From a virus: a stretch of 40,563 nucleotides of DNA. The stretch lies in IMG/VR virus record IMGVR_UViG_3300011442_000007, one strand, 5' to 3'. Shown in pieces: positions 23,292-31,382 of this stretch. Position 1 is the stretch's first letter. Each line of letters opens with the position of its first letter. The position numbers were made by a program, and so were the translations under genes. Under the pieces are notes generated by a model. It saw nothing but the letters and a program-made list of their open reading frames with translations, was not told the origin of the DNA and did no database searches.

Positions 23292-23567
23292 ATGCTGAGA
23301 ATCCCCCGCAGTCTCGATGAAGTAGACCCGCTGCCTGACTTCCCAAGGTATCGCGTCCTGACCGAAGCGGATGCTTATGCTGATCTGATGGGCACGCCCC
23401 GGCCAGATAACCCAACGGTAGACATTGACTTAGGGCGGTCAGATGGCCCGGTGGTTTGGGTTCCGACAGGGCAATACGTTCCGAGCGATGCCGAACACCC
23501 CGCAGCGCGCGAAGCATTCATAGAACATGGATGGCGTGCTTTCAATCCGACCTGCAAGACACTGTGA
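23292..23567 (+). CDS. Hypothetical protein (91 aa)
   Basis: ORF track. Confidence 0.5.
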   Translation: MLRIPRSLDEVDPLPDFPRYRVLTEADAYADLMGTPRPDNPTVDIDLGRSDGPVVWVPTGQYVPSDAEHPAAREAFIEHGWRAFNPTCKTL

Positions 23568-23595
23568 GAAGGTACGGCAAGAAGGACTTGAGCCC

Positions 23596-23715
23596 ATGAA
23601 ATGGATTTGTTTCCCTTGCCCATGGCTGTATGAGCGCCGCAAGAAGAAGCGCCACGGCCAATCGATGCGCAAACGCAAGCGAGCCCACTGGCTTCCGATT
23701 GTGGCAATGGCATGA
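23596..23715 (+). CDS. Small basic Cys-containing protein (39 aa)
   Basis: GAAGGA lies 9 nt upstream of the ATG. ATGA coupling to the next gene. Confidence 0.35.
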   Translation: MKWICFPCPWLYERRKKKRHGQSMRKRKRAHWLPIVAMA

Positions 23716-23990
23716 GACGAGCCGCTAAGGTCGATGCGTCACAAGAAGGCATCGTAGAGGCACTAGAAAGCCTCGAGTGCCGCGTTCAGAGCCTGGCAGC
23801 ACTTGGACATGGAGTTCCTGATCTCGTGGCTTGTAGAGGCTCTGAGGTGTACTGGATCGAATGCAAAACCCCCAAAGCCAGCCGCGGACAGAAACTCAAC
23901 AGCAATCAGCAGACATGGGCCGAGCGGATGCAAGTAAGGGTTTACGTGATTTCTACGCCTGAGCAGGCAATAGAACTACTGAAAAGATGA
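23712..23990 (+). CDS. VRR-NUC / PD-(D/E)xK-type nuclease candidate (92 aa)
   Basis: GVPDLVACRGSEVYWIECKTPK matches the D...E-x-K catalytic pattern. Size and context fit phage VRR-NUC proteins. Confidence 0.5.
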   Translation: MRRAAKVDASQEGIVEALESLECRVQSLAALGHGVPDLVACRGSEVYWIECKTPKASRGQKLNSNQQTWAERMQVRVYVISTPEQAIELLKR

Positions 23991-24214
23991 TCCACATCCT
24001 GCTCCAAAGTAAACAAGAGGCCCAAGAGATGAGCCTGCTCCTAAACCGAGCATTGAACACGCTGGAGCGACACAGTTGGCCGGTTTGGGCTCAGATGCTT
24101 GTGGATAAGCTGGAAACAAGTAAAATCAACGACATGGCCCAGGATTCGAACTCAGATACGTGCCGGGTTCCAAGAGTAGGCGTAACGGCCGAATCCGCGC
24201 AAACGCTCACTTGA
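23987..24214 (+). CDS. Hypothetical protein (75 aa)
   Basis: ORF track. ATGA coupling. Confidence 0.45.
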   Translation: MIHILLQSKQEAQEMSLLLNRALNTLERHSWPVWAQMLVDKLETSKINDMAQDSNSDTCRVPRVGVTAESAQTLT

Positions 24215-24291
24215 TCGGTGGGCGTTTTCGTTTCAGGAGCAAACCATGAAATCCAAAGGCAAAAAGACCAAAGGTACCGGCAAACGTGGTT

Positions 24292-24325
24292 GTTAGTAGA
24301 CACTAACTAGTTAGCATGCGCTAAC
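24292..24325. promoter_or_regulatory. Cluster of four alternating GTTAG/CTAAC pentamers (12-bp palindrome CTAACTAGTTAG plus hairpin GTTAGC-ATGC-GCTAAC) upstream of the packaging genes
   Basis: Read directly in an AT-rich intergenic region between the early-right operon and the terminase genes. Confidence 0.4.
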
Positions 24326-24356
24326 ATATGGCGTGACTCATAAACAACGGTGATCT

Positions 24357-24629
24357 ATGTCTCGCCCGAAGGGTTCGCCCAACAAAGCGACTCACAACGC
24401 ACGAGAAGCCATTGCAGCGCTTGTAGACAACAACGCCCATAGGCTAGAGGGCTGGTTGGACGCGATTGCAGCAGACGAGAAACTAGGCCCAATGGCGGCC
24501 TACAAGTGCATGATGGACGTGATTGAGTACCACATTCCAAAGCTAGCCCGTACAGAGCAGACCATCACAGGTCCAGACGGCGGGCCGATCAAGCAGCATT
24601 GGACGGTGGAGATGGTGAGGCCGAAGTGA
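24357..24629 (+). CDS. Putative small terminase subunit / DNA-packaging HTH protein (90 aa)
   Basis: The N-terminal MSRPKGSPNK... motif and the position upstream of the large terminase. Assignment is by context and a remembered pattern only. Confidence 0.45.
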   Translation: MSRPKGSPNKATHNAREAIAALVDNNAHRLEGWLDAIAADEKLGPMAAYKCMMDVIEYHIPKLARTEQTITGPDGGPIKQHWTVEMVRPK

Positions 24630-24847
24630 GGCTCTGCGATCGAGTGAAGACTGCTGTGGAGCGCGACAAGGCTGACGCATTGGCTTGGATCGCGCCATCT
24701 ATTGAGCGAGTCTTCACGCCAGAAAAGGTAGTTCACGCAGAGCCGCTTGGTAGTTCACGCCACGGCAAGTACAAAGACCCGGAAGCGCGCAAAGCGTATC
24801 GACGCGCTTGGTACAAGGCAAAGCGTGCCCAGCCTCCAAATCCCTAA
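24626..24847 (+). CDS. Hypothetical protein (73 aa)
   Basis: GTGA coupling. Part of ORF 24599..24847. Confidence 0.4.
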   Translation: MRLCDRVKTAVERDKADALAWIAPSIERVFTPEKVVHAEPLGSSRHGKYKDPEARKAYRRAWYKAKRAQPPNP

Positions 24848-25022
24848 GAATTGGATCGAGAAGTCACCTTACAAAGGTAAGGTGGTGGATGGATGCGTGA
24901 TAGTCACTGAGTGGATATTGGTCGAATGGGTCAAAGATCAGCCGGCTAGGACATTCATCAGCGGCTTGGATCAGGTCAAAGCCAAGTGGTTGGAGTGGGA
25001 TGCCAAGCCTTCAGATACCTGA
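24825..25022 (+). CDS. Small protein (65 aa) whose first 7 residues (MPSLQIP) duplicate the N-terminus of the large terminase
   Basis: GTG at 24825 is in frame in ORF 24747..25022. It has the same 23-nt overlap geometry as the terL start. The differences from terL codons 2-7 are all synonymous. Confidence 0.4.
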   Translation: MPSLQIPKNWIEKSPYKGKVVDGCVIVTEWILVEWVKDQPARTFISGLDQVKAKWLEWDAKPSDT

Positions 25023-26274
25023 GAAGCTAGAGGGCCTCCTAAGCCCCAATAGCTACAAAGTCATCTACGGCGGCCGGGGCTCGACCAAGTCATGGTCGGT
25101 AGCGGAAGTCCTAGTGATGCGGGCCACTATGGAGCCGCTGCGCATCCTGTGTGCTCGGGAGACGCAAAAGAGCATCGAGGAGTCGGTCCACTACCTCATC
25201 AAAGCTACCATCGAACGCCTCGGGGTCCAGTCCCTGTTCGATGTCCAACAGAACCACATCCTCGGCATTGAGTCGGGGGCGTTGTTCAGTTTCATCGGCA
25301 TCCGACAGCAGAACGTAGTCAACCTCAAGAGCTTCGAGGCGGTGGATATCTGCTGGGTGGAGGAGGCTGCGGTAGTCACTCGCAAGTCATGGGAAACCCT
25401 GATCCCGACCATTCGCAAGCTCGGGTCTGAGATTTGGGTCACGTTCAACCCCGAACTTGATACCGACGAGACTTACCAGCGGTTTGTGCTCGACCCGCCC
25501 GAGGGGGCCTGGGTTCAGGAGATCAACTGGCGGGATAACCCTTGGTGGAACGATAAGCAGGAGAAGGACCGGCAGTATCTCGAACGCCGGAATCCGCTTG
25601 AGTATCAGACGGTCTATGAAGGCAAGTGCCGGCCAGCGGTCGAGGGAGCCATCTATGCACAAGAGCTTGACGCACTACAGCGTAGCGGTAGGTTCACCAC
25701 CGTTTCTCACGATCCACTGCTCAAAACACATACCGTATGGGATCTGGGCTGGAACGATCAAACGGTTATTCTCCTCGTACAGCGGGCCGCTTCGGAGCTA
25801 CGAATCATCGGGGCCTACATCTCCCGATTCTCGACCTACGAGCAGGACATCTCGGAACTCGACGCGCTCAAGGCCACCTGGAAGGGCCTAGCCTGGGGCA
25901 CGGACTACCTTCCCCATGATGCCAAAGCAAAGAGCAAGAGTTCAGGTGGCCGATCAGCAGAGGAGATCGTGAAACAGCTAGGCCGACAGGTGGAGATTGT
26001 CCCCATCGACTACATCGAGAATGGGATCAAGTTAGTACGCACTATCTTCCCTAGGCTTTGGATCGATTCCAGTGCAAAAGACTGGCTGAATGCCATCAAA
26101 CGCTACCATCGTCACGTGACGGTAGACGGGTCTAAGACAGGGCAGCCTGTCCATGACGATGCCTCGCACGGGGCGGATGCGCTGAGGTATCTAGCCCAGG
26201 TGGCTGACAAACTCCACAACCACGACACCCACAAGTGGGGGGAACTGGCTTACTCCAATGCAGGAATTGTCTGA
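25000..26274 (+). CDS. terL: Terminase large subunit (PBSX/Terminase_3-like)
   Basis: YKVIYGGRGSTKSWS (Walker A), LRILCARETQKSIEES, and a C-terminal nuclease-like region with HDDASHGADALRY. Confidence 0.9.
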   Translation: MPSLQIPEKLEGLLSPNSYKVIYGGRGSTKSWSVAEVLVMRATMEPLRILCARETQKSIEESVHYLIKATIERLGVQSLFDVQQNHILGIESGALFSFIGIRQQNVVNLKSFEAVDICWVEEAAVVTRKSWETLIPTIRKLGSEIWVTFNPELDTDETYQRFVLDPPEGAWVQEINWRDNPWWNDKQEKDRQYLERRNPLEYQTVYEGKCRPAVEGAIYAQELDALQRSGRFTTVSHDPLLKTHTVWDLGWNDQTVILLVQRAASELRIIGAYISRFSTYEQDISELDALKATWKGLAWGTDYLPHDAKAKSKSSGGRSAEEIVKQLGRQVEIVPIDYIENGIKLVRTIFPRLWIDSSAKDWLNAIKRYHRHVTVDGSKTGQPVHDDASHGADALRYLAQVADKLHNHDTHKWGELAYSNAGIV

Positions 26275-26283
26275 AAGGACCGA

Positions 26284-26481
26284 ATGAGCGCAGCCCTCTT
26301 CGCCAAGATGCACGAGCAGAACCTGCGAATCCTCTCGCTTGAACGCCAGGTGGAAGAATTGGCAAGACAAGTGAACGCACACTTGCTAGAATCTCTCAAC
26401 GCTGAACGCGCCGTCTCCATTCCGAGACGTGGAAGACCGCGTAAGGTTGTGGGGGATCATGGACATTCTGGCGGCAATTGA
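26284..26481 (+). CDS. Hypothetical small coiled-coil protein (65 aa)
   Basis: ORF track. Lies between terL and the portal gene. Confidence 0.45.
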   Translation: MSAALFAKMHEQNLRILSLERQVEELARQVNAHLLESLNAERAVSIPRRGRPRKVVGDHGHSGGN

Positions 26482-28699
26482 GTACCAGGAAGACCTAGCT
26501 TCTAGTCGGGGCGACCTCGACACCGAGCGATCCGAAGCCCTCGACCGATATCTCGGCCGTCCCTACGGGGATGAGCAGCAAGGCCGCTCTCAGGTCGTGA
26601 TGCGCGATGTGTCCGACACCATCGAGTGGATCAAGCCCTCCCTGCTAAAGATCTTCGCCTCAGGCGATGAGGTAGTCCGCTTCGACCCTACGGGGCCGGA
26701 GGACGAGGAGCAGGCCCAGCAGGAAACGGACTACGTCAACTACGTGGTGAACCAGAAGAATAACGGGTTCATCATCTTCCACGACTGGTTCCACGACGCC
26801 CTGCTCCAGAAAACAGGCTATGTCCTGGTTCAATACCTCACCGAGAAGCAGCAAAGCCGGGAGACGTACAAAGGTCTTACGGAAGACGAGATGGCCCTAC
26901 TGGCTAAGGACGGAGTGGAAATCCTCCAGCACTCAGCCTACCCCATCACATCGGGAGGAATCGGGCCCCAAGGGGAGCAAATCCCCCCGGTGATGCTGCA
27001 TGACATCGTCGCCCAGCAGACGAAAGAGTACGGATGTGAGAAGCTGTTCAACATCCCCCCCGAGCAGGTTCTAGTCGCTCATGACTGGCCCAATGTTGAC
27101 TTCGAGGATTGCCCGTTCCTGGAAATCATCGACTACCCGACCATCTCTGCTCTGAGGCAGAACGGGTATGAAGTCGAGGACGATATCTCTGACGATTCGT
27201 CCGACATCAACGAGATGGATACCCGGATTCGTCGCTCCGTGGAGGGTGACGACCTGTTCGAGCCTGGGGATGATGGAGGTTCTGATCCATCGATGCGCCG
27301 TGTCAAGTGTCGGTATGCATGGATGATGATCGATGTAGACGAGGATGGGATCGCGGAGCTTAGAAAGTTTGTCATCGTCGGGTCCACGATCCTCAACGGG
27401 GATGAGGGCGAAGAGACAGACCTGATTCCCGTAGCGGCGATCACCCCGATTCGACAGCCACATGAACACTACGGCCTGAGCCTGGATGACGTTGTCCAAG
27501 ACCTTCAGCGGATCAGGACCGTCCTGGTTCGAGGATTCCTGGACAACATGTACGTCACCAACAACAGCCGGCACGCTGTTAATGCAAACCTCGTAAACCT
27601 GGATGACCTTCTGGTCACTCGTCCTAACGGCGTGGTCCGTGTCAACGGCGACCCGAATCAGGCAATCGCACCAATCATCACGCAACCGAACGGTCCCGCG
27701 ATTCTCTCTGCGGTCGAGTACATCGACTCCATCCGGGAATCCAGAACTGGTGTCACTCGGTACAACCAGGGTCTAGATGCCAACTCGCTGAACAAGACAG
27801 CGACCGGGATCACACAGATCATGACCGCTGCGCAGCAGCGCATCGAGATGATCGCCCGCATCTTCGCAGAGACAGGGGTCAAGTCCCTGATGCTCATTGT
27901 TCATGCGATGGCGATCAGGAACGGCTCATCTCAGGAGAAGATGAAGCTGCGGAACAAGTGGGTTCCGGTCAATCCTCAGGAGTGGAAGACCCGGAAGAAT
28001 CTCACCGTCGCTGTTGGTCTAGGCACAGGTAACAAAGATCAGATGCTCCAGCACCTGATGATGATCCTGACCGCTCAGAAGGAAGCGCTCCCTCTAGGAC
28101 TGACAGGACCGAAGGAAATCTACAACGCCCTCGCCAGGCTCACTCAGAACGCCGGATTCAAGCAAACCGAGGAGTTCTGGAAAGACCCCGGGGACAATGC
28201 TCAATTGCCTGCTCCTCCAAACCCTGAAGCGATCAAAGCTCAAGCAGAGGCTCAAAAGACCCAAGCCCAACTCCAAGCCGACCAGCAAAAGACGCAGGCG
28301 CAACTCCAGGCGGATGCGCAGAAGTTCCAAGCCCAAGCGGCGATTGACCAGGAGCGGATGGCGTTTGAAGCGTCGGAGAAGGAGAAGGACCGACAGTTGC
28401 AACTCCAGATCGTTCGCGAGCAAGAGGCGACAAAGCTCGCCATCGAGAACGCGAAACTGGAGCATCAATCGAACACGATGGCCCAGTCTCAATCCTTCGA
28501 GGCAGAGAAGCTAGGGGCTACATTTGCCAGGGAAGACGCCAAAGAGGCCCAGGTTCAGGAAAAGACCCAGGAGAAGGACGACGGCATGTCGGAACTCCTA
28601 AAAGGTGTTCAAGACGCCCTCGGGATGCTGGCAAAAGAGATGGGACGCCCGAAGAAGCTAATTCGGGGGCCGGACGGCAAAGCGATTGGTGTTCAATGA
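26459..28699 (+). CDS. Portal protein (746 aa from the ATG at 26459)
   Basis: Size, position after terL, the N-terminal motif RYLGRPYGDEQQGRSQVVMRDVSDTIEWIKPSLLKIF, and a C-terminal Q/A-rich coiled coil. Confidence 0.85.
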   Translation: MDILAAIEYQEDLASSRGDLDTERSEALDRYLGRPYGDEQQGRSQVVMRDVSDTIEWIKPSLLKIFASGDEVVRFDPTGPEDEEQAQQETDYVNYVVNQKNNGFIIFHDWFHDALLQKTGYVLVQYLTEKQQSRETYKGLTEDEMALLAKDGVEILQHSAYPITSGGIGPQGEQIPPVMLHDIVAQQTKEYGCEKLFNIPPEQVLVAHDWPNVDFEDCPFLEIIDYPTISALRQNGYEVEDDISDDSSDINEMDTRIRRSVEGDDLFEPGDDGGSDPSMRRVKCRYAWMMIDVDEDGIAELRKFVIVGSTILNGDEGEETDLIPVAAITPIRQPHEHYGLSLDDVVQDLQRIRTVLVRGFLDNMYVTNNSRHAVNANLVNLDDLLVTRPNGVVRVNGDPNQAIAPIITQPNGPAILSAVEYIDSIRESRTGVTRYNQGLDANSLNKTATGITQIMTAAQQRIEMIARIFAETGVKSLMLIVHAMAIRNGSSQEKMKLRNKWVPVNPQEWKTRKNLTVAVGLGTGNKDQMLQHLMMILTAQKEALPLGLTGPKEIYNALARLTQNAGFKQTEEFWKDPGDNAQLPAPPNPEAIKAQAEAQKTQAQLQADQQKTQAQLQADAQKFQAQAAIDQERMAFEASEKEKDRQLQLQIVREQEATKLAIENAKLEHQSNTMAQSQSFEAEKLGATFAREDAKEAQVQEKTQEKDDGMSELLKGVQDALGMLAKEMGRPKKLIRGPDGKAIGVQ

Positions 28700-28788
28700 G
28701 CCGCACCATCAACATTGCAGAGCGTACGTACAAACGCACTACCTGTTTTCTTTCACGTATAAGCTGCGTCGCAGCATAAGGAGCCATC

Positions 28789-29262
28789 ATGGCAGTCGGT
28801 CTGATGTATACGAGCCGGTTCACCGGCGTTACGGTCACCAACGCAGCTCAGGACATCTGGGAGCTTGTAGCGGCTGCCAGTGTTTCCCTCATCGTGCACT
28901 GGGTTAAAGTCACCTTTGAGCCCACGATCACGTCAGGTGTTGCGCAGGACGTTCGGGCGCGCTTTGAAATCTGCGAACGCTCCACCACAGGATCGGGCGG
29001 GTCAGCGGTAACGCCCGCAGCGGTTCACCCGCGGAACACCGTGGCTGCCTCGACCACGACCACGCGCACGGTGACGACTCCCGGGACCATCGGTGACATC
29101 TTCTGGGACGACTCGGCGTCGATCATCGTTCCTTACGAACTGATCTTCACCCCCGATCTTCGCAAGCCGATCCAGGGTGGCGGGCGGTTGTGCCTGAACC
29201 TGACGACCGCTCTCGGCGCGGGTTACGTCGCATCCTCGACGATCTGCTTCGAGGAAATCTGA
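28789..29262 (+). CDS. Hypothetical virion-module protein (157 aa)
   Basis: AAGGAG lies 6 nt upstream of the ATG. ORF track. Confidence 0.55.
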   Translation: MAVGLMYTSRFTGVTVTNAAQDIWELVAAASVSLIVHWVKVTFEPTITSGVAQDVRARFEICERSTTGSGGSAVTPAAVHPRNTVAASTTTTRTVTTPGTIGDIFWDDSASIIVPYELIFTPDLRKPIQGGGRLCLNLTTALGAGYVASSTICFEEI

Positions 29263-30065
29263 TGCTCCTTGGCTCCAGCACGAGCCATCTGCTGCGCGTC
29301 GTCACAGACGCGACCGCAGATATCGAGGTCACCGGCTCGTACATCACCGTCAGCACGGCTACTCCGCCGGTCGTTGATGGCTCGGACACGGGTACCATCA
29401 TCATTGCGAGTATCACCACCGCAACGACGACAACGATTCTGACTGGGGCCGCGAGCAAGATCAAACGGGTCATCGAACTGACCATCACGAACAACCACGC
29501 CAGTACCCCCTGTGGGGTTTCGATCACTCGTGAGGATGGGACCAACACCAACGAAGTGATCGCGTTCACGCTGCTTGCCGGCGAAAACATGGTGCGCAAC
29601 GAAGCGGGTTCGTGGCTGCACTACGACGTGAACGGTGGTCTTTACCCGAGTGTCGGGAACGCAGCGACTCAGGCCGAGATGGAAGCTGGCACTGCAACGA
29701 ACAAATACGTCACCCCGCAGGGCGTGAACTGGCACCCAGGAGTTGCGAAAGCGTGGGCCAAACACGCGGTGAGTGCCGGCGTGCCGCAGATGACATCGAC
29801 GTGGAACGTCACCAGCGTGACCGACTCCGGCGTGTGCCGTGCTGCTCCTGTGATTGCAACCGACTTCTCCAGCGCGAACTACTGCATCCTCTATAGCTTC
29901 GAGTGCAACACCACAACCTACAGCGCAACGACCACCGCAGTGATTCAGTGCGTTCGGAACGCGTCCCCTGCGGTGGGTGGATTCACGATGGACCTGATCG
30001 AGATTGACGTCGGCCAGACCACCGACCCGAGTTCGTGGTTTTGGGCGGCCTTCGGAGATCAATGA
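29262..30065 (+). CDS. Fibre-like protein (267 aa) with the ATQAEMEAGTATNKYVTPQGV motif
   Basis: The internal ATG overlaps the upstream TGA. The AT-x-AE-x-EAGT...VTP motif is common in phage tail-fibre shafts. Thr-rich. Confidence 0.5.
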   Translation: MLLGSSTSHLLRVVTDATADIEVTGSYITVSTATPPVVDGSDTGTIIIASITTATTTTILTGAASKIKRVIELTITNNHASTPCGVSITREDGTNTNEVIAFTLLAGENMVRNEAGSWLHYDVNGGLYPSVGNAATQAEMEAGTATNKYVTPQGVNWHPGVAKAWAKHAVSAGVPQMTSTWNVTSVTDSGVCRAAPVIATDFSSANYCILYSFECNTTTYSATTTAVIQCVRNASPAVGGFTMDLIEIDVGQTTDPSSWFWAAFGDQ

Positions 30066-30613
30066 TGCAGAACGAGCAAGTGGTTGTCGCGGTTCGTCGC
30101 TTGGATGGGCCGGTGGCCTATATGGCATTCCTGACGTGTGGCAGAGGAAGTTTTTTGCCCGCTGGGGCCTCATGGCACCCAAGCAGTCCCAATGGGGAAT
30201 CAGGCTGGTGGGTTCGTGAGCCGAACGAACTCAACGTGATGCGAGAGATTGAAGCCTGCCCTGAAACCCCGGCAGGAGTCAATGTCGCAGGCTGGCGAGT
30301 CTTGAAGGACGGCGAGGCCCCAACGGATCGGACATTCCGGGACGCATTCTTCGACATTGGCGGAAAGATCGTCACCGACATGCCGACGGCAAAGGTAATC
30401 CACCGGGGCCACTTGCGGGCACAACGCAAGAGCGAGTTCGCCGAAACAGATGGCGGATGGATGCTTGCTACCAGGGCAAAAGACAGCGCCAAGCTCCAAG
30501 AGATTGAGGACAGGGCACAAGCTCTTGCAGATGCTCCAGATGATCCGCGCATCGATGCGGCCACCACTCCCGAAGAATTGAAGGCGCTCACGCTGGACGT
30601 GCTCGCCCCCTGA
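30062..30613 (+). CDS. Possible fibre assembly chaperone-like protein (183 aa)
   Basis: ATGA coupling to the fibre-like gene. The C-terminal pattern ...LRAQRKSEFAETDGGWM...EIEDRAQALADAPDDPRIDAATTPEEL resembles DUF4376/tail-assembly-chaperone tails. The resemblance is weak. Confidence 0.35.
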   Translation: MMQNEQVVVAVRRLDGPVAYMAFLTCGRGSFLPAGASWHPSSPNGESGWWVREPNELNVMREIEACPETPAGVNVAGWRVLKDGEAPTDRTFRDAFFDIGGKIVTDMPTAKVIHRGHLRAQRKSEFAETDGGWMLATRAKDSAKLQEIEDRAQALADAPDDPRIDAATTPEELKALTLDVLAP

Positions 30614-30623
30614 GGGGTAGAGC

Positions 30624-31382
30624 GTGAATTTCCTAAGGCCCTATGTCCGGCAGATAGTCTACGCGGGGTCGTTCGATGCGACAGCAGCGACCACTGTCGC
30701 GGCGACCTTTCCGCTAGCGGTACTCGGTGGCGCGGCCATCTACACCTGCGTCACCTGGGAACCCACAGCCGGACTGAGCGGGGTTTCTGACGGCACCGCG
30801 TACAAAGCCCTGCCGAAAGGGCTCATCAACGACGGCGTCAACAACCAAAGCGCGCAGTGTCACGTCCGAGAGGGCGTGCTCCCTAGTGCCTATACCGTCA
30901 CAGCGACTTTCGCAAGCACGGTTGCCTTCCGGCGCTTGGTGATAATCGAGATTGCGAACCAGTATCAGGGAATCAGTCTCGACTTTGACGCCGGGCAACA
31001 CCAGCAGAATCCAGGAACCGGAGCCAATGCGGTTTCATCGACAGCCACGGCTGTAACTTGGTCCGGGTTCGATGAACTGATCCTCGGGATTGCATGTCGC
31101 ACGGGTGGCGGAAGAACCGCGGATGCAACCGCGGGGACAGGCTACACACTCGAAGGCTCGGTGGACTCCCTGAAGGTCTACAGCGTCGAATCCAAGATCA
31201 GCGAAACCATCGCGGCGCAGACGGCTACTTTCACGCTCGCCACGGATGGGGCGACAGCGGACGTTACAACCTTCGTCCTGGCGATCAAATCCGGCATGGC
31301 GATGCCCAGTGTTGATTGGCTTCAGTTCGGAGCCAAGGGATTGCCTCACTCTGCCCTCTACAAAGTGGACGACTGGCTATGA
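30624..31382 (+). CDS. Hypothetical beta-rich virion-module protein (252 aa)
   Basis: ORF track. GTG start. Confidence 0.5.
   Translation: MNFLRPYVRQIVYAGSFDATAATTVAATFPLAVLGGAAIYTCVTWEPTAGLSGVSDGTAYKALPKGLINDGVNNQSAQCHVREGVLPSAYTVTATFASTVAFRRLVIIEIANQYQGISLDFDAGQHQQNPGTGANAVSSTATAVTWSGFDELILGIACRTGGGRTADATAGTGYTLEGSVDSLKVYSVESKISETIAAQTATFTLATDGATADVTTFVLAIKSGMAMPSVDWLQFGAKGLPHSALYKVDDWL

Noticed and set aside
24316-24325. Shared motif ATGCGCTA(AC) at 24316, 21656 and 10938 as a possible phage-specific promoter element
   Set aside because: An 8-mer is expected about once by chance in 2 x 40 kb. One copy lies inside the lysozyme coding sequence. Spacing to the -10-like hexamers is not constant.
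29223-30182. 319-aa minus-strand ORF antisense to the fibre-like gene
   Set aside because: The translation is Arg-rich junk, and the opposite strand carries coupled genes with fibre motifs.
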